From assembly GCA_977862235.1 (NCBI GenBank), contig OZ374557.1:310001-374000 (forward strand): a stretch of DNA of 64,000 nucleotides, written 5' to 3'. This document shows, one piece after another, positions 39,216 through 50,111 of the stretch. This DNA comes from Dudresnaya verticillata. Taxonomy: Eukaryota. Each line of letters starts with the position of its first letter. The first letter of the stretch is position 1. The notes below the pieces were generated by a model. That model was given only the letters and a program-made list of their open reading frames with translations, was not told the origin of the DNA and did no database searches. The translations under genes were made by a program, and so were the position numbers.

Positions 39216-40302
39216 CGCATGTCCTCACGTTTCATTAACAGATACAACTAACTGTTTTGCACGTTGTACAAAAGTAGGCCAAGAATACTTAGGCCTAGGC
39301 TGTACGAGTTCACTTCTTTAAAGATGAACACTTGTTCATCTATACCTCCATGATGCCATTCGTGTCGCTTAGAACAATTTCTCCGGAGAGGCCTCTCCCA
39401 GATACATCACCGGTGTCACATGCTTCTCCGCCGTCTATAGGATCTGCATTGTTGAGAATCTCGTATTCCTTCTCAGTCATTCGCAACGCTCGGCTGGTCA
39501 AAACTCTTTTCATATTAGATTTTCCTGCAACTAATGTGTTCAGTGCCAATGCTCGGACCTTAATTCCTTTCGTCGTTATTCCGCGGCCGCGGAAACGCAC
39601 CCTCACATCAAAATGAACTGCGTCAAACGTTTTTACAAAACGGCGTAGAACATGAGCGATGGACATCGCTGTGTGCAGTGCTTTTGCATGTGCCCCAAGG
39701 AAACTTTCAGAAGAGTCTTCCTTAGATTTGCTTCGGGTAAACGCTACACAGAACTTCATTGCCACCTCAACTAAGTTGAAAAGGAAATGATTACTTTATT
39801 ACGTAGTGTAGCAATCATCTAAACCCAATGACTAGAGTAGGAATGTAGGGACCAGAGTAGGAATGTAGGGTAAATGTAAGATAAAACGAAGGGAAGGATT
39901 TGAAGAGTCTTAAGGACAGTAGGGATGGGAGGGAGGGAGAACGAAGGAAAGAACTTGGTGCAAGAGGGAGAGTGCGGCACCTTGTGCGCTTCTTATACCG
40001 AGAGCCGGTAGACAGAGCTGTAGTCCGAAATGCAGTAGCAGTGTGTAGAACCGAAAACAGCGTCGTTGAAGAGTTACCATAAACTGCCACAAACGTGGTG
40101 CTCCTAAAACGGTAGTCAGTGTTGAATTCTTCGACGCATTTGCGTCATCCGGAATTTGAGCCGCATCGGGATCTCCACAGTGGTGTAGAGTGCAGAACGT
40201 TCGGCACGGCTCGCTATCCTTATCATGGTCTTTTCACTCATGTAAACCAACTTGGGACACATAACGAAATCCGAAACCGTAGCCACGGTTCCGTGGCGGA
40301 GC

Positions 40303-41357
40303 TTACTGAGGGGACGGAAGCAGATGACTCGAAGAGTCGACAAGTGACCAGAAATATAGATTCATTTCCGTTGACATAGGTAGCCGTGAGTCGAAGTAAA
40401 CGTTGACAACCATGTTTGAACTACGCCAGCCTCCTCGTGTGGTAATTCGAGGAAGCGGAACGTTGAGAAGGACCATAGCTGTCACACTTCCGCTTCGTAA
40501 ACTGTGAGAAGAGAAACTGGAAAAGGCGGAGGCGTTACTTGCAGCGCAGAAAGGCAAGCTGTCAATGCATCCGTGACCACCTGTGGGCGAAGATCAATGT
40601 TCGGACGTGACCAATAGAGGTCAGTACTGCTTCCACAATCTTGGCGCGCCCGAAATTATCGCCATTGTAGGGCGAGGGGGTTTCGATGGGCGAAGGAGGC
40701 CGGGTTGTGTCTACAAGTGAGTGCTGATCCGCCCACGTTTCGTATTAGACGACCTTTTAGGGTGCGTGGGCGAGCTGTGAGCGTAATGGTTCGGCCTGTT
40801 CCGGACGAATCATTGCCTTCTTCCATATGTACGTCTTGTATCTGTACTGTTGGAACGGAACCCTCGCGCCACGTAAGCAAGTATTGAAATTCAACCATCG
40901 TCGCTTGATATTCCATAAGGGAGCCTCGTTCTGCATTAAGTCCAAGAACACGAATGCGGGACATAAGTGTAGCTGGAAGGGCTGCTCGAACGTCTTGCAA
41001 ATTGCCCCGACGGTCATCTTGGTAGCGGAAAGCACGAATAAGGTCAACGTGATGATTGTTTGAGAGCGGGTCTTGTATGCCTTCGCGCTGGTGGCGTGTC
41101 CGGATAGCGGAGATATAGTGGTCGATAGACCGACCATGAATACGGTCTTCTTCGAATAGATAGCCTATATATGCCAGAATAGTTCCTTGCGATGCTGGCA
41201 GAGAACAATGGTTGTTTCGTTCACAGTAAACCACGAATTTCTTCCACTGGCTGCTCTTTGTACGATCTGTAGAAGCCGAAATACAGTGCTGTGCTAAGCG
41301 GATTGTTGCCCTCCCGTCTGTAGTTTCAGGGACGATAGAGGCAATACGGCGCTGCAA
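40303..41357 (-). pseudogene. Tyrosine recombinase, one stop and one frameshift
   Basis: SAM-like N-terminus (QWKKFVVYCE..ILAYIGYL..YISAIR), box I TWREGS, box II SSHSLRSGSVT..RGGWRS..VNVY. TAA at 40658-40656 and a frameshift at ~40520. Confidence 0.9.
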
Positions 41358-43329
41358 TGCTTGCCTGGTGGTTTCCCGACTTCAGCTAGTAGTAACCCCC
41401 AGGATGCGTTGGCTCGGTCTGACGTAAAAAGGGGTTGCCCTTCGGAACGCTCGATGACTCGTTCGTTGCGCGAGAGCTGTTTCAAGATCCCGTGCCATGG
41501 TGCTCCGGTCCAGTTGGGGACGACGATGATTCCATGGGCCCCTTCCTCTTTGATCTTGAGCAGCGTCGCCCAAATCCAAGTCGGGGGTGGATTCCAAAGA
41601 CGGCTCTGCCCATCGCCCCATTGGTCGGCGAATTGGGTGAGTATGACCTTGCGTCGAGCTGAAGGAGCTTCGCCCAACGGCCAGTAGCGCCTGACGGTTT
41701 GTAACCGCATCGATGTTGCGACTCCAGCAACGATGGTGTCGCTGCTAAGTCCCTGGGGTTCCAAGTGCGACTGAGGATGTCTGCGTGTCTGTTCAGTGCA
41801 GATGGGAGCCAACTCGCTCGAATCGTCACCTTCAATTCCACCAGGAGCTGGTGAAGAAGACGGAGTTCCTGCATTAGCTCTCGGTTGGCAGAAACCATGT
41901 TGCGTATAATGTGGAACACCCCCATATTGTCGACGTGCAATAGAAGGAGGGAGTTGTTTCCAGAAATGCGAGCTTGAACCAAGGAATCTTCCAACGCTTT
42001 TCGGACTGCGGTCAGTTCCCGCAGGGTGATGGACTTTAGCCTCAAAAAAGGTGACCAGATTCCTTGTACTTTCAAGTCCCCATCGGACCCCGGTTCCATG
42101 TCCGTCCCGAGGGTGCCTCCGTATCCCACATCTGCAGCATCTGTGTGGAGGCACCAAGATGGCTCTCCACCAGCGATTAACCTTCCGTCTCCTGCTAGCA
42201 TGGTTGCCCAGGATTTCAGGTCTCGCATTGTGGCATGGGAGAGTTTGATGCAACGCTGGGGATACCTTCCTCGACGAGGAGCATCCATTTTCTGAGCGTC
42301 GTACAGGCTCCGAGTAAAAAACCGAGCTAGAGGGAGAGGAACCAGTTGTGAGACTGCTCGGCCACAAAAACTGGACAACAGATTCTCTCGCACCCACCGG
42401 CTGCGTTGCTGACCAGTTTTGAGAAGCTTCGCTGCTATGGACCGGAGCTGTTGAAGTTTTTCTGGTGTGACGAAGTATCGGAATGCCACCGTGTCGATGA
42501 ATAATCCCAAGTGCTCTAATTTTGTCGCCCCAGTTCCCCATACACCCTTGCCTGGATGGCGAACTAGCCCCAGTGATTGGAAGAGTGCATCGAGGATCTT
42601 GGAGGTTTCTAAACATTTTTCTGCCGTACTCGGTGTCCTTCCATCTCCAGGCGCCAGGAGGTAGTCGTCCAACAAAACCAGTACCCGGATAGATAGATCT
42701 CCGCGCATATATCTGGTTAAAGGTCCCAACAGCTTGACGAACCAGAAAGGAGACGAAGTCCAACCGAAGGGAAGGGCGATACAGCGGTAGTACCGTCCAT
42801 CGTACTTGAACAGGAACCAGTCCCACATGCGGGAATGAAGTGAAAAATGACGGTAACCAGAAGACCAGTCGAACGAGAGCAACCTGTCTCCTGGGCGTAG
42901 AATGGCTCCAAACGAGGATAGTGTCTCCATGTGAACGGAGCGCTTGTCCCAGTGGGAACTTTGCTCTTTCAAGTTGATGATGAACTGCGGTTTTGACCTT
43001 TGCCAAGTGACAAAGTCACTCGAAACAAGATCTCCTGAACGCATCTTTTTCTGTGCGTGGCTGGAACTTACCTGTTGGTATGTTCCAATGCGGCAGCCTT
43101 CTTCTAGCTCCTCCCTGGCGAAGACGAGATCTTCTTCTGTCTGAGGGATTTGCGGTAGCTCTCTCCCTTGTTTGAACGGGCGCTGCGGAGGGTCCCACAC
43201 GCCGAAGAGAAGCGTACGGACTATAAAGGCGGAAGCGCCGACCCTTTCCCAGTTCCGCGCATTCCGCCTTGTGCCCGCCCACTGAGCATGGTGCCAGCTG
43301 GCAGACGGTGGAGGACCTCCGTTGGACAT
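41294..43329 (-). pseudogene. Reverse transcriptase - RNase H - methyltransferase-like polyprotein, frameshift at ~41715
   Basis: SFDWSSGYRH, ALPFGWTSSP, LLDD, HTDAADVGYGG, ITLRELTAV, VDN and NRHADILSR. After the shift: WNPPP..LLKI..GIIVVPNWTGAPW, the DIRS-type MT motif. Confidence 0.9.
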
Positions 43330-43934
43330 CACTCCTTGTTGCCTGACTTCTTACTACCGCCGGTAGCATCTCTTGCCAGGCTTTTTGCTGTTTCGATGAC
43401 GTACTTGGCCGATAGCTCTTCGTACACATCCGCATAGGCCTCCGATGGGACCTGATGCCTTTTGGCTTCCACGCGAGTCTCGACGAGCTCAGCGATTTGG
43501 TTTGCCTGGGACTGTCCTTTGGTGAGGACAGTTTGGAAGTGAGCCGTGCGCATGGCGAGGACCTCTCGAGCACCTCCAAGGCTTTCTTCGATAAGTCCAA
43601 GCAAACGACTCTGCTTAGCGGCATCAGATTCATTTTTGAGTAGAGCAATTGCCGCGATGCATTGCTCCACCCAGCACCCCGCCGAATGCACATATTCAAG
43701 CTCCTTGGCATTTCGGCGGTCCTTGCGGAATGTTTCCAGATAGAGAGTAGTTTCGGGTTTGAAGAATCCTCGTTCATTCGGAAGAACCAGGCTCGAACGA
43801 GGCCAAAGCGACCTCCGACCAACCATACCAGAAGCCAACTGATGATTAACGAGATCAACATAATTTTTGGACGACGGCGGTGCCGCGACGAGAAGACGAG
43901 GGACATTTGAGGCGGTGCGAACATTTTCAGTCAT
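43329..43934 (-). CDS. gag-like ORF1 of the YR retrotransposon (201 aa)
   Basis: Intact helical-looking ORF between repeat A1 and RT. Its TGA overlaps the RT ATG (TGATG). Assigned by position. Confidence 0.7.
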   Translation of the reverse strand: MTENVRTASNVPRLLVAAPPSSKNYVDLVNHQLASGMVGRRSLWPRSSLVLPNERGFFKPETTLYLETFRKDRRNAKELEYVHSAGCWVEQCIAAIALLKNESDAAKQSRLLGLIEESLGGAREVLAMRTAHFQTVLTKGQSQANQIAELVETRVEAKRHQVPSEAYADVYEELSAKYVIETAKSLARDATGGSKKSGNKE

Positions 43935-46609
43935 TGGGTTTGAGCGGTTCGCCAGTCTTGTCGACGGAAATCCTTTGTTCTCAAAGCCGTTGAGAACGAA
44001 GGAAAGAACTTGGTGCAAGAGGGAGAGTGCGGCACCTTGTGCGCTTCTTATACCGAGAGCCGGTAGACAGAGCTGTAGTCCGAAATGCAGTAGCAGTGTG
44101 TAGAACCGAAAACAGCGTCGTTGAAGAGTTACCATAAACTGCCACAAACGTGGTGCTCCTAAAACGGTAGTCAGTGTTGAATTCTTCGACGCATTTGCGT
44201 CATCCGGAATTTGAGCCGCATCGGGATCTCCACAGTGGTGTAGAGTGCAGAACGTTCGGCACGGCTCGCTATCCTTATCATGGTCTTTTCACTCATGTAA
44301 ACCACCTTGGGACACATAACGAAAACTCTCTTAAGCGGTTTCTTCTCGCCACCCTGCCTCTTCCGTGATTTCCTATCGGAGCTCCGGCGGCGGCCGGCAG
44401 CGCATGGAAGCATGAAGACGTCATGACACACGCTTACCATCATATCAACCCCATCTTTCAGTATCCCATTGTACAACTTTGTGTTGGCGACATCAATATC
44501 AATAGTTCGCTTTAGGTTCCGCGTTGTTTTCGGGATTTCTTCAAGGTTCAAGTCGTCTTCAGACAGAGATGTGCCAGCACTTGCTTCTGTTGTCGACCAC
44601 CGCACCCGCACAGTGGTCTACTCCACACCTGAATAGTTCAACTGGGCCCAGTTGACCCTAAGGTACGTCAGGTCTTCTACCAAAGCGTTCTTCGCCTTCT
44701 ACCTGCTTTCGCGGAGCCAGTCTGTAACAATCTTATATATCTTCGAGGTACCGGAGTATGCAACATCTTGACTTGTCGGTATATCCCTCACGACACTTGT
44801 CTTAGCGTGTTCTTTCACCTCGCGTTCTGCTCCTAAGTGTGCCGTTGGACGGCCGTCCACATCGATCGTCTTCGTACTTGGTATCTCGCATAACATTCGG
44901 GCATTCTTAATATGCTCCTCACCAATGATCTTCGGTTTGAGCCAGTCGGGGTGGTCTATAGTGTCATCAGCTCCTCCGTTTCCAGGGGGTATGCCCTGTA
45001 TACCTCACGGCTGGGAAGCGGGCGCCTCCTCGGCTTTGGTTATCGAGGGGTGACTTTGACCGGCCGGCCGGCACCAGGCCCTCCAGGCAAATCGATCCCA
45101 GGTAGAGGCTTGAACTGACCGAAGCGGTTCTGCTGAACGTTTTATACTGCATTCGTTACTACCAAGTACCGGAACGCACTAAAGCTTCTCCCGATGCCTT
45201 GCGTGAACGTCTTCTTGGCTTGATCAACTTGTTTCGCAAATAGGATGGAACAAACAGCGTCGGCCGACGCCTTCAAGTATCATCATTGTTTGAAACAGCA
45301 CTTGAGACACAGTAAGAAACGCAAATACTGAGCACTTTGCACACCACTGTTTGGTTGAATACCAAGTTCGCATTAGGTGTGACGTTATCGCGTTTGGCGT
45401 CAAAAATGGCCCGAGCTGTCTTCTTAGAGCCACCTGCCGGCCACGATCCGGGCCCGGACCCCCTCAGTTGTGCCGCAGACCGGATGTCTTGCACATCTCT
45501 TCGAACCTCGGCCATGATATTGTCCAGCTCGGCAAACGTTTTTACGACGACATCCTGAATCGTATCCACATGACGCTTGATGCTTCTATCAATCTGCTCA
45601 ATGAGGTTACTCACGGCTGTGTATCTCATAACCAGAGACTGAATGGACATCCGTGCCTGCCCAGGCTTAATCATATTCGGTGCAGTCCCAAACATGGATC
45701 GGCCTCTGATATACAAAGGAGTGTCTTCCCCGCTATCAAGAGGTAATCCTTTCGAGCCCGGGGCCGGGTACCTCGGATCCACACCTTCTCTTCGGCCAAT
45801 CTCTTCATCATCACCCACACCGTCACTTATGCGTGTTCGGGACACAGACCGTGGAACTTTAGAGCTATCTTTCTCCTTTTACCACGGGAAATATCCGGGC
45901 CCCGGGTGAACGGTCTGCAGCACTACCTCGGTTATCTTCGTTCTCTCCTCCAGCTTGAGTGGCTCTGCCCCTCGTTGGAGGTGACTCCGGAGATGGTGTG
46001 GGGTTATACATATCATCACCCAGTCGTGGCTGCGTTTCTGGAATAGCATGAAGAAGCGGTCGCTTACTTCCCTTAAGGCTATGATCAGCACCATGCTCTC
46101 TTCCATGTATATCACTTCTTGGAGTGATGATGTCAGATCCCGGTGTGTTCTATCCCGTTGAAGGCGTTTCCAGTTCCTGTGATTTTGAGGCCCGGTCGGA
46201 ATTCTTCCTCTTTCCCGCAGTGTCAGCAAGTTCGCGAGGAGGTCCAACCAAGCCGTTTCCCTTCGAAGACCCCTTCCAATGTATGGGAGCTTTGGAGGAA
46301 CTGGCTTGCAATTCTCGCCGTCTCTCGGAAGTCTTCCTCCCGGTGACGCGCATATTGTCTTCAATAACTCGAGATGTTTTGAGTAGAAGACAGGAAAGAC
46401 CGTTCCCAGTAGGTTAACCTCGAGGACCTGATGTACGTCCATGGATGTTGAGCACACTCAACAAGACAGTCCAGGTGCACTTTGTGTAGCGAGGGGAAAT
46501 ATTGCTGCAATCCATGAAATTTGAGTAATGTGAAACATGTCTTTGATCGTGCCTGAAACAGCGTGCAAGTTCGGGCGTATACGCGTATTCGGAGCTCGGC
46601 CGAGCATGA

Positions 46610-48336
46610 TGGCAATGATTGCTTCCTCACAAGTCCCTTCAGAGCTCTGAAGCCACCTTTTCCCTCTCCAGAATGAATCAATTGTTATTACAATTGCGGT
46701 TGGTATTACGAGGCGCGCCTGCATAGAGCGGAATTCACTACCGCTGGTGATCGAATGGGTGAATATCGGCTGGGAGATGGACAATGGGGATGAGCTGTGG
46801 TGGGATGCTGAGGTACTCGCCGTTGATGAAATTGATGAAGGAGATGTGATCGCGGTCGCGACAATAGAGTATGCCACAAACGCCCAATACGGCTATATGC
46901 CATCCGTTGAAAAGTCTAGTTACTAGCTGGTAGGCTTCTTCGGGTCTGGGAGGAAGATCCGGAAACAAACGACAACCTGTTGCTGTCGTGGAGGAAAAGG
47001 ACGGGCCCGTCTGATGGGTTTACGCGAAGAGGTCGTAACCGTGGCAGAGAAGATCAGACAGACGTGTACACGGAACAGGCAATACCAGTGACTGGTCCCG
47101 AATCTGTTCAACATACTAAGACAATTGGAGAGCTGGAAAAGCTTCGCGACAGGTATTACAGTTTGAAAACAGAGGTTGAAGTGCTCAAGAATCGTGTACA
47201 AAGCAACTCGGCACGGATCGAACTCAGTATTAATCCAGGCCTGGATGAGAGTTGTCAGCGAGTCCTGTGCTATCTTCGGTTTCGTCTTGCCCTTGCGCTG
47301 CAGAAAACGTCGAGTCGTAGGAAGAGAAAAGGGACGATGCGAACAACATATAGAACAAGATCTTCGGCATAAAGAAGGAGGAGTTCTTCAAGAGGTCCTG
47401 GCGCGGCCGCGTCGGGTCCCTCGCAAGAATCATGTGCACCTCAAACGCCTCGTAACAAGCCGCTGGGCCGGCCGGGCCCAGATTCACACGGAACGCCAGT
47501 CTCAGAACGAACTACACTTGGTTTGTTGACGCCGGGAAGGGTAATTAGGGAGGGGTGTGAGACAATGGACGATGCCGAACTTCAAAACGATACCGCGCAG
47601 TAATACATCAAGGCTTCAGCGGACTGCGATGTGGGGCATTTCGCGGTCCTGGCCAGGACCTGGCGTGCCAAGTACGCACATGATAATAGATCTGTCGGTA
47701 TGGCCTTTTCCCTCCTTTCAGTTGTCTCAATGACCATCGCTGTCCGGAGATGATATTTCTGTGTCCTTCAGCAGTTTTGGTATGTTGTGTGATATCTTCG
47801 GAAGCCGATCGCCTTCAAATGTTGACAAGGGACGTGGCCACGTCCCGTGGAAGAGTCCTCAGAGTTCTTGGAACATACGAGTATACCGTAGATAACGAAG
47901 CATACCCTGCGCACTGTTCGTTGCGAAGAGCTGCGGCCGCGGCATGCGACGCCCTAGGGACAAAGAGAGTGATGAAGGTGATACCTGCAATGTGCTAATG
48001 AGAGGTTCCAGGGAGTGGTCTTCAGAGGATAGAAGATTATTCCATTCTTTGCGAGTCTTGAAACGCGTCTCATCAGATGCCGAAGACCCCAATCGGGAAG
48101 ATAACGATAGCGGCCGCTTTCCTGGGACACGTCGTATCCCGCGGGGGTTCCACATATCGTGGAGGCGCGCACAAGCCGTTAGGGCACGTGCATGGTCGGC
48201 CGACCTTTCACGGGCCTCGCAAACGATTGGAGGCATTGCGATAGCAGTCCCCTCCTTTTATTGTGAAGGGGACGCGCTTTGTGACGAGCTCAATGCTCTT
48301 CTCGACGATGATAGGCTTAAGGAGTGGATTGGCTAG
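46610..48336 (+). pseudogene. CACTA-internal gene D, unknown function, fragmented
   Basis: Plus-strand fragments VNIGWEMDNGDELWWDAEV, a coiled-coil-like ELEKLRDRYYSLKTEVEVLKNRV, and ORFs at 47750-47998 and 47944-48336. Confidence 0.45.
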
Positions 48337-49108
48337 TGGTCAGACGGAGCACTCGCAAATGCTTAAACGTCCGGACGTCCACTTACGCGTCAGGCCTGAC
48401 GCATAAGAATTAGTGAAGTAAAGAACGGAAAGTAAAGGAAAACAAACAGCAGCGGGTATGGTATGGCGCCACACACACAGCATGCAAATGTGCCGCGAAT
48501 GTGCGCAATGTGCACTAAACGCGGTCGCACCAGAAGCATGCGTCGCCTACGAAACGCACAACAGAAAAGGAAACACCAAAAGCGTGCTTTGTAAGGAAAT
48601 GTAGAGTGGGAAGATGCGGTCGCATCATCATTCCTGGAACATGTCGTTCCATTATTGCCGAGTAAAGCGCGAGCCTATGCGATGCGCTACAGCATTAATG
48701 AGATGTTTCTAGAACGTCATTTGGTGAGATGCCGCAGCACCGCAAAACGTATGTTGTAAGCGGCAGAACAAAGAAAATAAAGCATTAGTCCTTGAACCAG
48801 ATTCATTACGATTCGCAAAACAACTCGTAATTTTCATGGCCCAGGCCTGGGCAATTTGAAATATTGCGAAAACAAATCAAAACATGAACGATAATGCTCC
48901 AAACCCTCAGAAACAAGAGATCAAAACGCGCTGGGGAAATGAAACATAAATCAACGGCGCGAGGCTGTGGCACAAGGATATTCATGCTGCAAATCTGGGA
49001 TTTTAATGCTGCGCATCCGTCGGGCCCGGCGCAAAATCTGACGCAAGAAAAATAATGGATAATACCATGGAAATTATCGAATCATTTTAAAATCGCCTTC
49101 GTAGTGCA

Positions 49109-49788
49109 CCGCGTGTGGTCGCCCATCTTGGTGCCTCGACTAAGTCGAAATATTTGCTGATTCCAGGAACTCCGAGGAGTTCTGGGACCTGCGCGCTATT
49201 GCGGAGGAGATCGATTGGAAAGACCCGGCTGCCGTGCCGTTAGCCAACAACCGCCGTAAGGCGAATCATCCGCGTTACGCTATGAGTCGTACTCATTCCG
49301 CCTGTGGCGATTGGATTTGGTTCAACCCTTGGACGAAGCGTCGTACGACGAAGAACATTGCGGAACGCCATCGCAAGACCGATCGCTTCACGCCGGGTAT
49401 CCGCGCGGTTTGCGTAAGATCTGCGACTTTGTCAGTGACTTTGATCCTTATTTGAGCGCCTTGATGGCTAAAGAGGATGCTTTTAACACCAGAGGGAGGC
49501 TGGATAACTCGTCTGGGACGGCTATTACTACGCCAATGGCGGTTGAGTCTTCCGCTGGAGCGGCTGCTGCGTCCACGACGTTGCCCACGGAGCCTCTTGC
49601 GGCGAGTGCAATGCCGACCGGCGTAGCCGCGGTTGCGCCCTTGGACCTTGCGGCGCCCGTTGCGGACGACGACGGTGACGTCATTATGGCGTTGCCAGTG
49701 TCAGAGCCACCCCAGTCCACAATGACAGAAGGCGGAGCACCGAGCGTCGTAGACGGTTCAGGGAAAGCTGGCAGTGTGCCGGTCTGGA
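49109..49788 (+). pseudogene. 3' continuation of the family X antisense gene
   Basis: PRVVAHLG..EEFWDLRAIAEEIDWKDP..CGDWIWFNPW, then an Ala/Pro-rich tail. Directly continues the frame broken at 28958. Confidence 0.65.
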
Positions 49789-50111
49789 CAACTTCTTCTT
49801 GAAAGCTTCTTTTCCCTCGTCCAGCTCCACCTCATGTGGTGCACCGCGGTCCCCGCCGGGGCTGGCCGATCTGGAGACTCGCTCTCAACTGGAAGCTGCC
49901 TATCCTGGAGCTCGTCCTGTGTGGCCATGGGGATGTCCGTTCTTTCTGCGGGCTGCTGGATAACCACCTTCTTCGTCCTGGGTGATTCTCTACGTGCTGT
50001 CTGATTGCCTTCAGCAGAGACCGCGGCCGCATCCTCGCCAGTAGACGAAGCGCGTTTGGGGGTTGGGGTCTTTTTCTTGACCACCGTACTCTTCGAGGCC
50101 GCCTGCTTGTC
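49789..50111 (-). repeat. Inverted copy of CACTA gene B segment ~35310-35632
   Basis: Both translate to SKSTVVKKK.PTPKRA.STGE..AA.SAEGNQTARRESP.TKKVVIQQP. Confidence 0.92.

Larger units (their letters stand above)
39788..44324 (-). mobile_element. Tyrosine-recombinase (DIRS/PAT-like) retrotransposon, 4537 bp
   Basis: gag, RT-RH-MT and YR genes. 333-bp direct repeats at 43992-44324 and 39937-40269. GAAA occurs at both junctions (39784-39787 and 44321-44324). Confidence 0.92.
39340..46353 (-). pseudogene. CACTA-internal gene C, unknown function, split by the YR retrotransposon
   Basis: Minus-strand ORF fragments at 45273-45845, 44699-44896, 44325-44611 and 39340-39783. Removing the insert restores KKPLKRVF-LFNLVEVAMKF in frame. 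The 5' limit is uncertain. Confidence 0.6.
28959..49106. mobile_element. CACTA/EnSpm-superfamily DNA transposon, 20,148 bp including a nested YR retrotransposon
   Basis: TIRs CACTACGATGGCGATTT (28959-28975) and AAATCGCCTTCGTAGTG (49090-49106), 16/17 match. CA is duplicated on both sides. Shared subterminal motifs (CAGATTCATTAC, AAAAATAATGGAT). The flanking ORF rejoins in frame. Confidence 0.92.

Noticed and set aside
39937..44324. RT plus two near-identical repeats as a diversity-generating retroelement or retron
   Set aside because: The RT is followed by RNase H, MT and YR as in DIRS-type elements, and the repeats show no series of adenine-specific differences.
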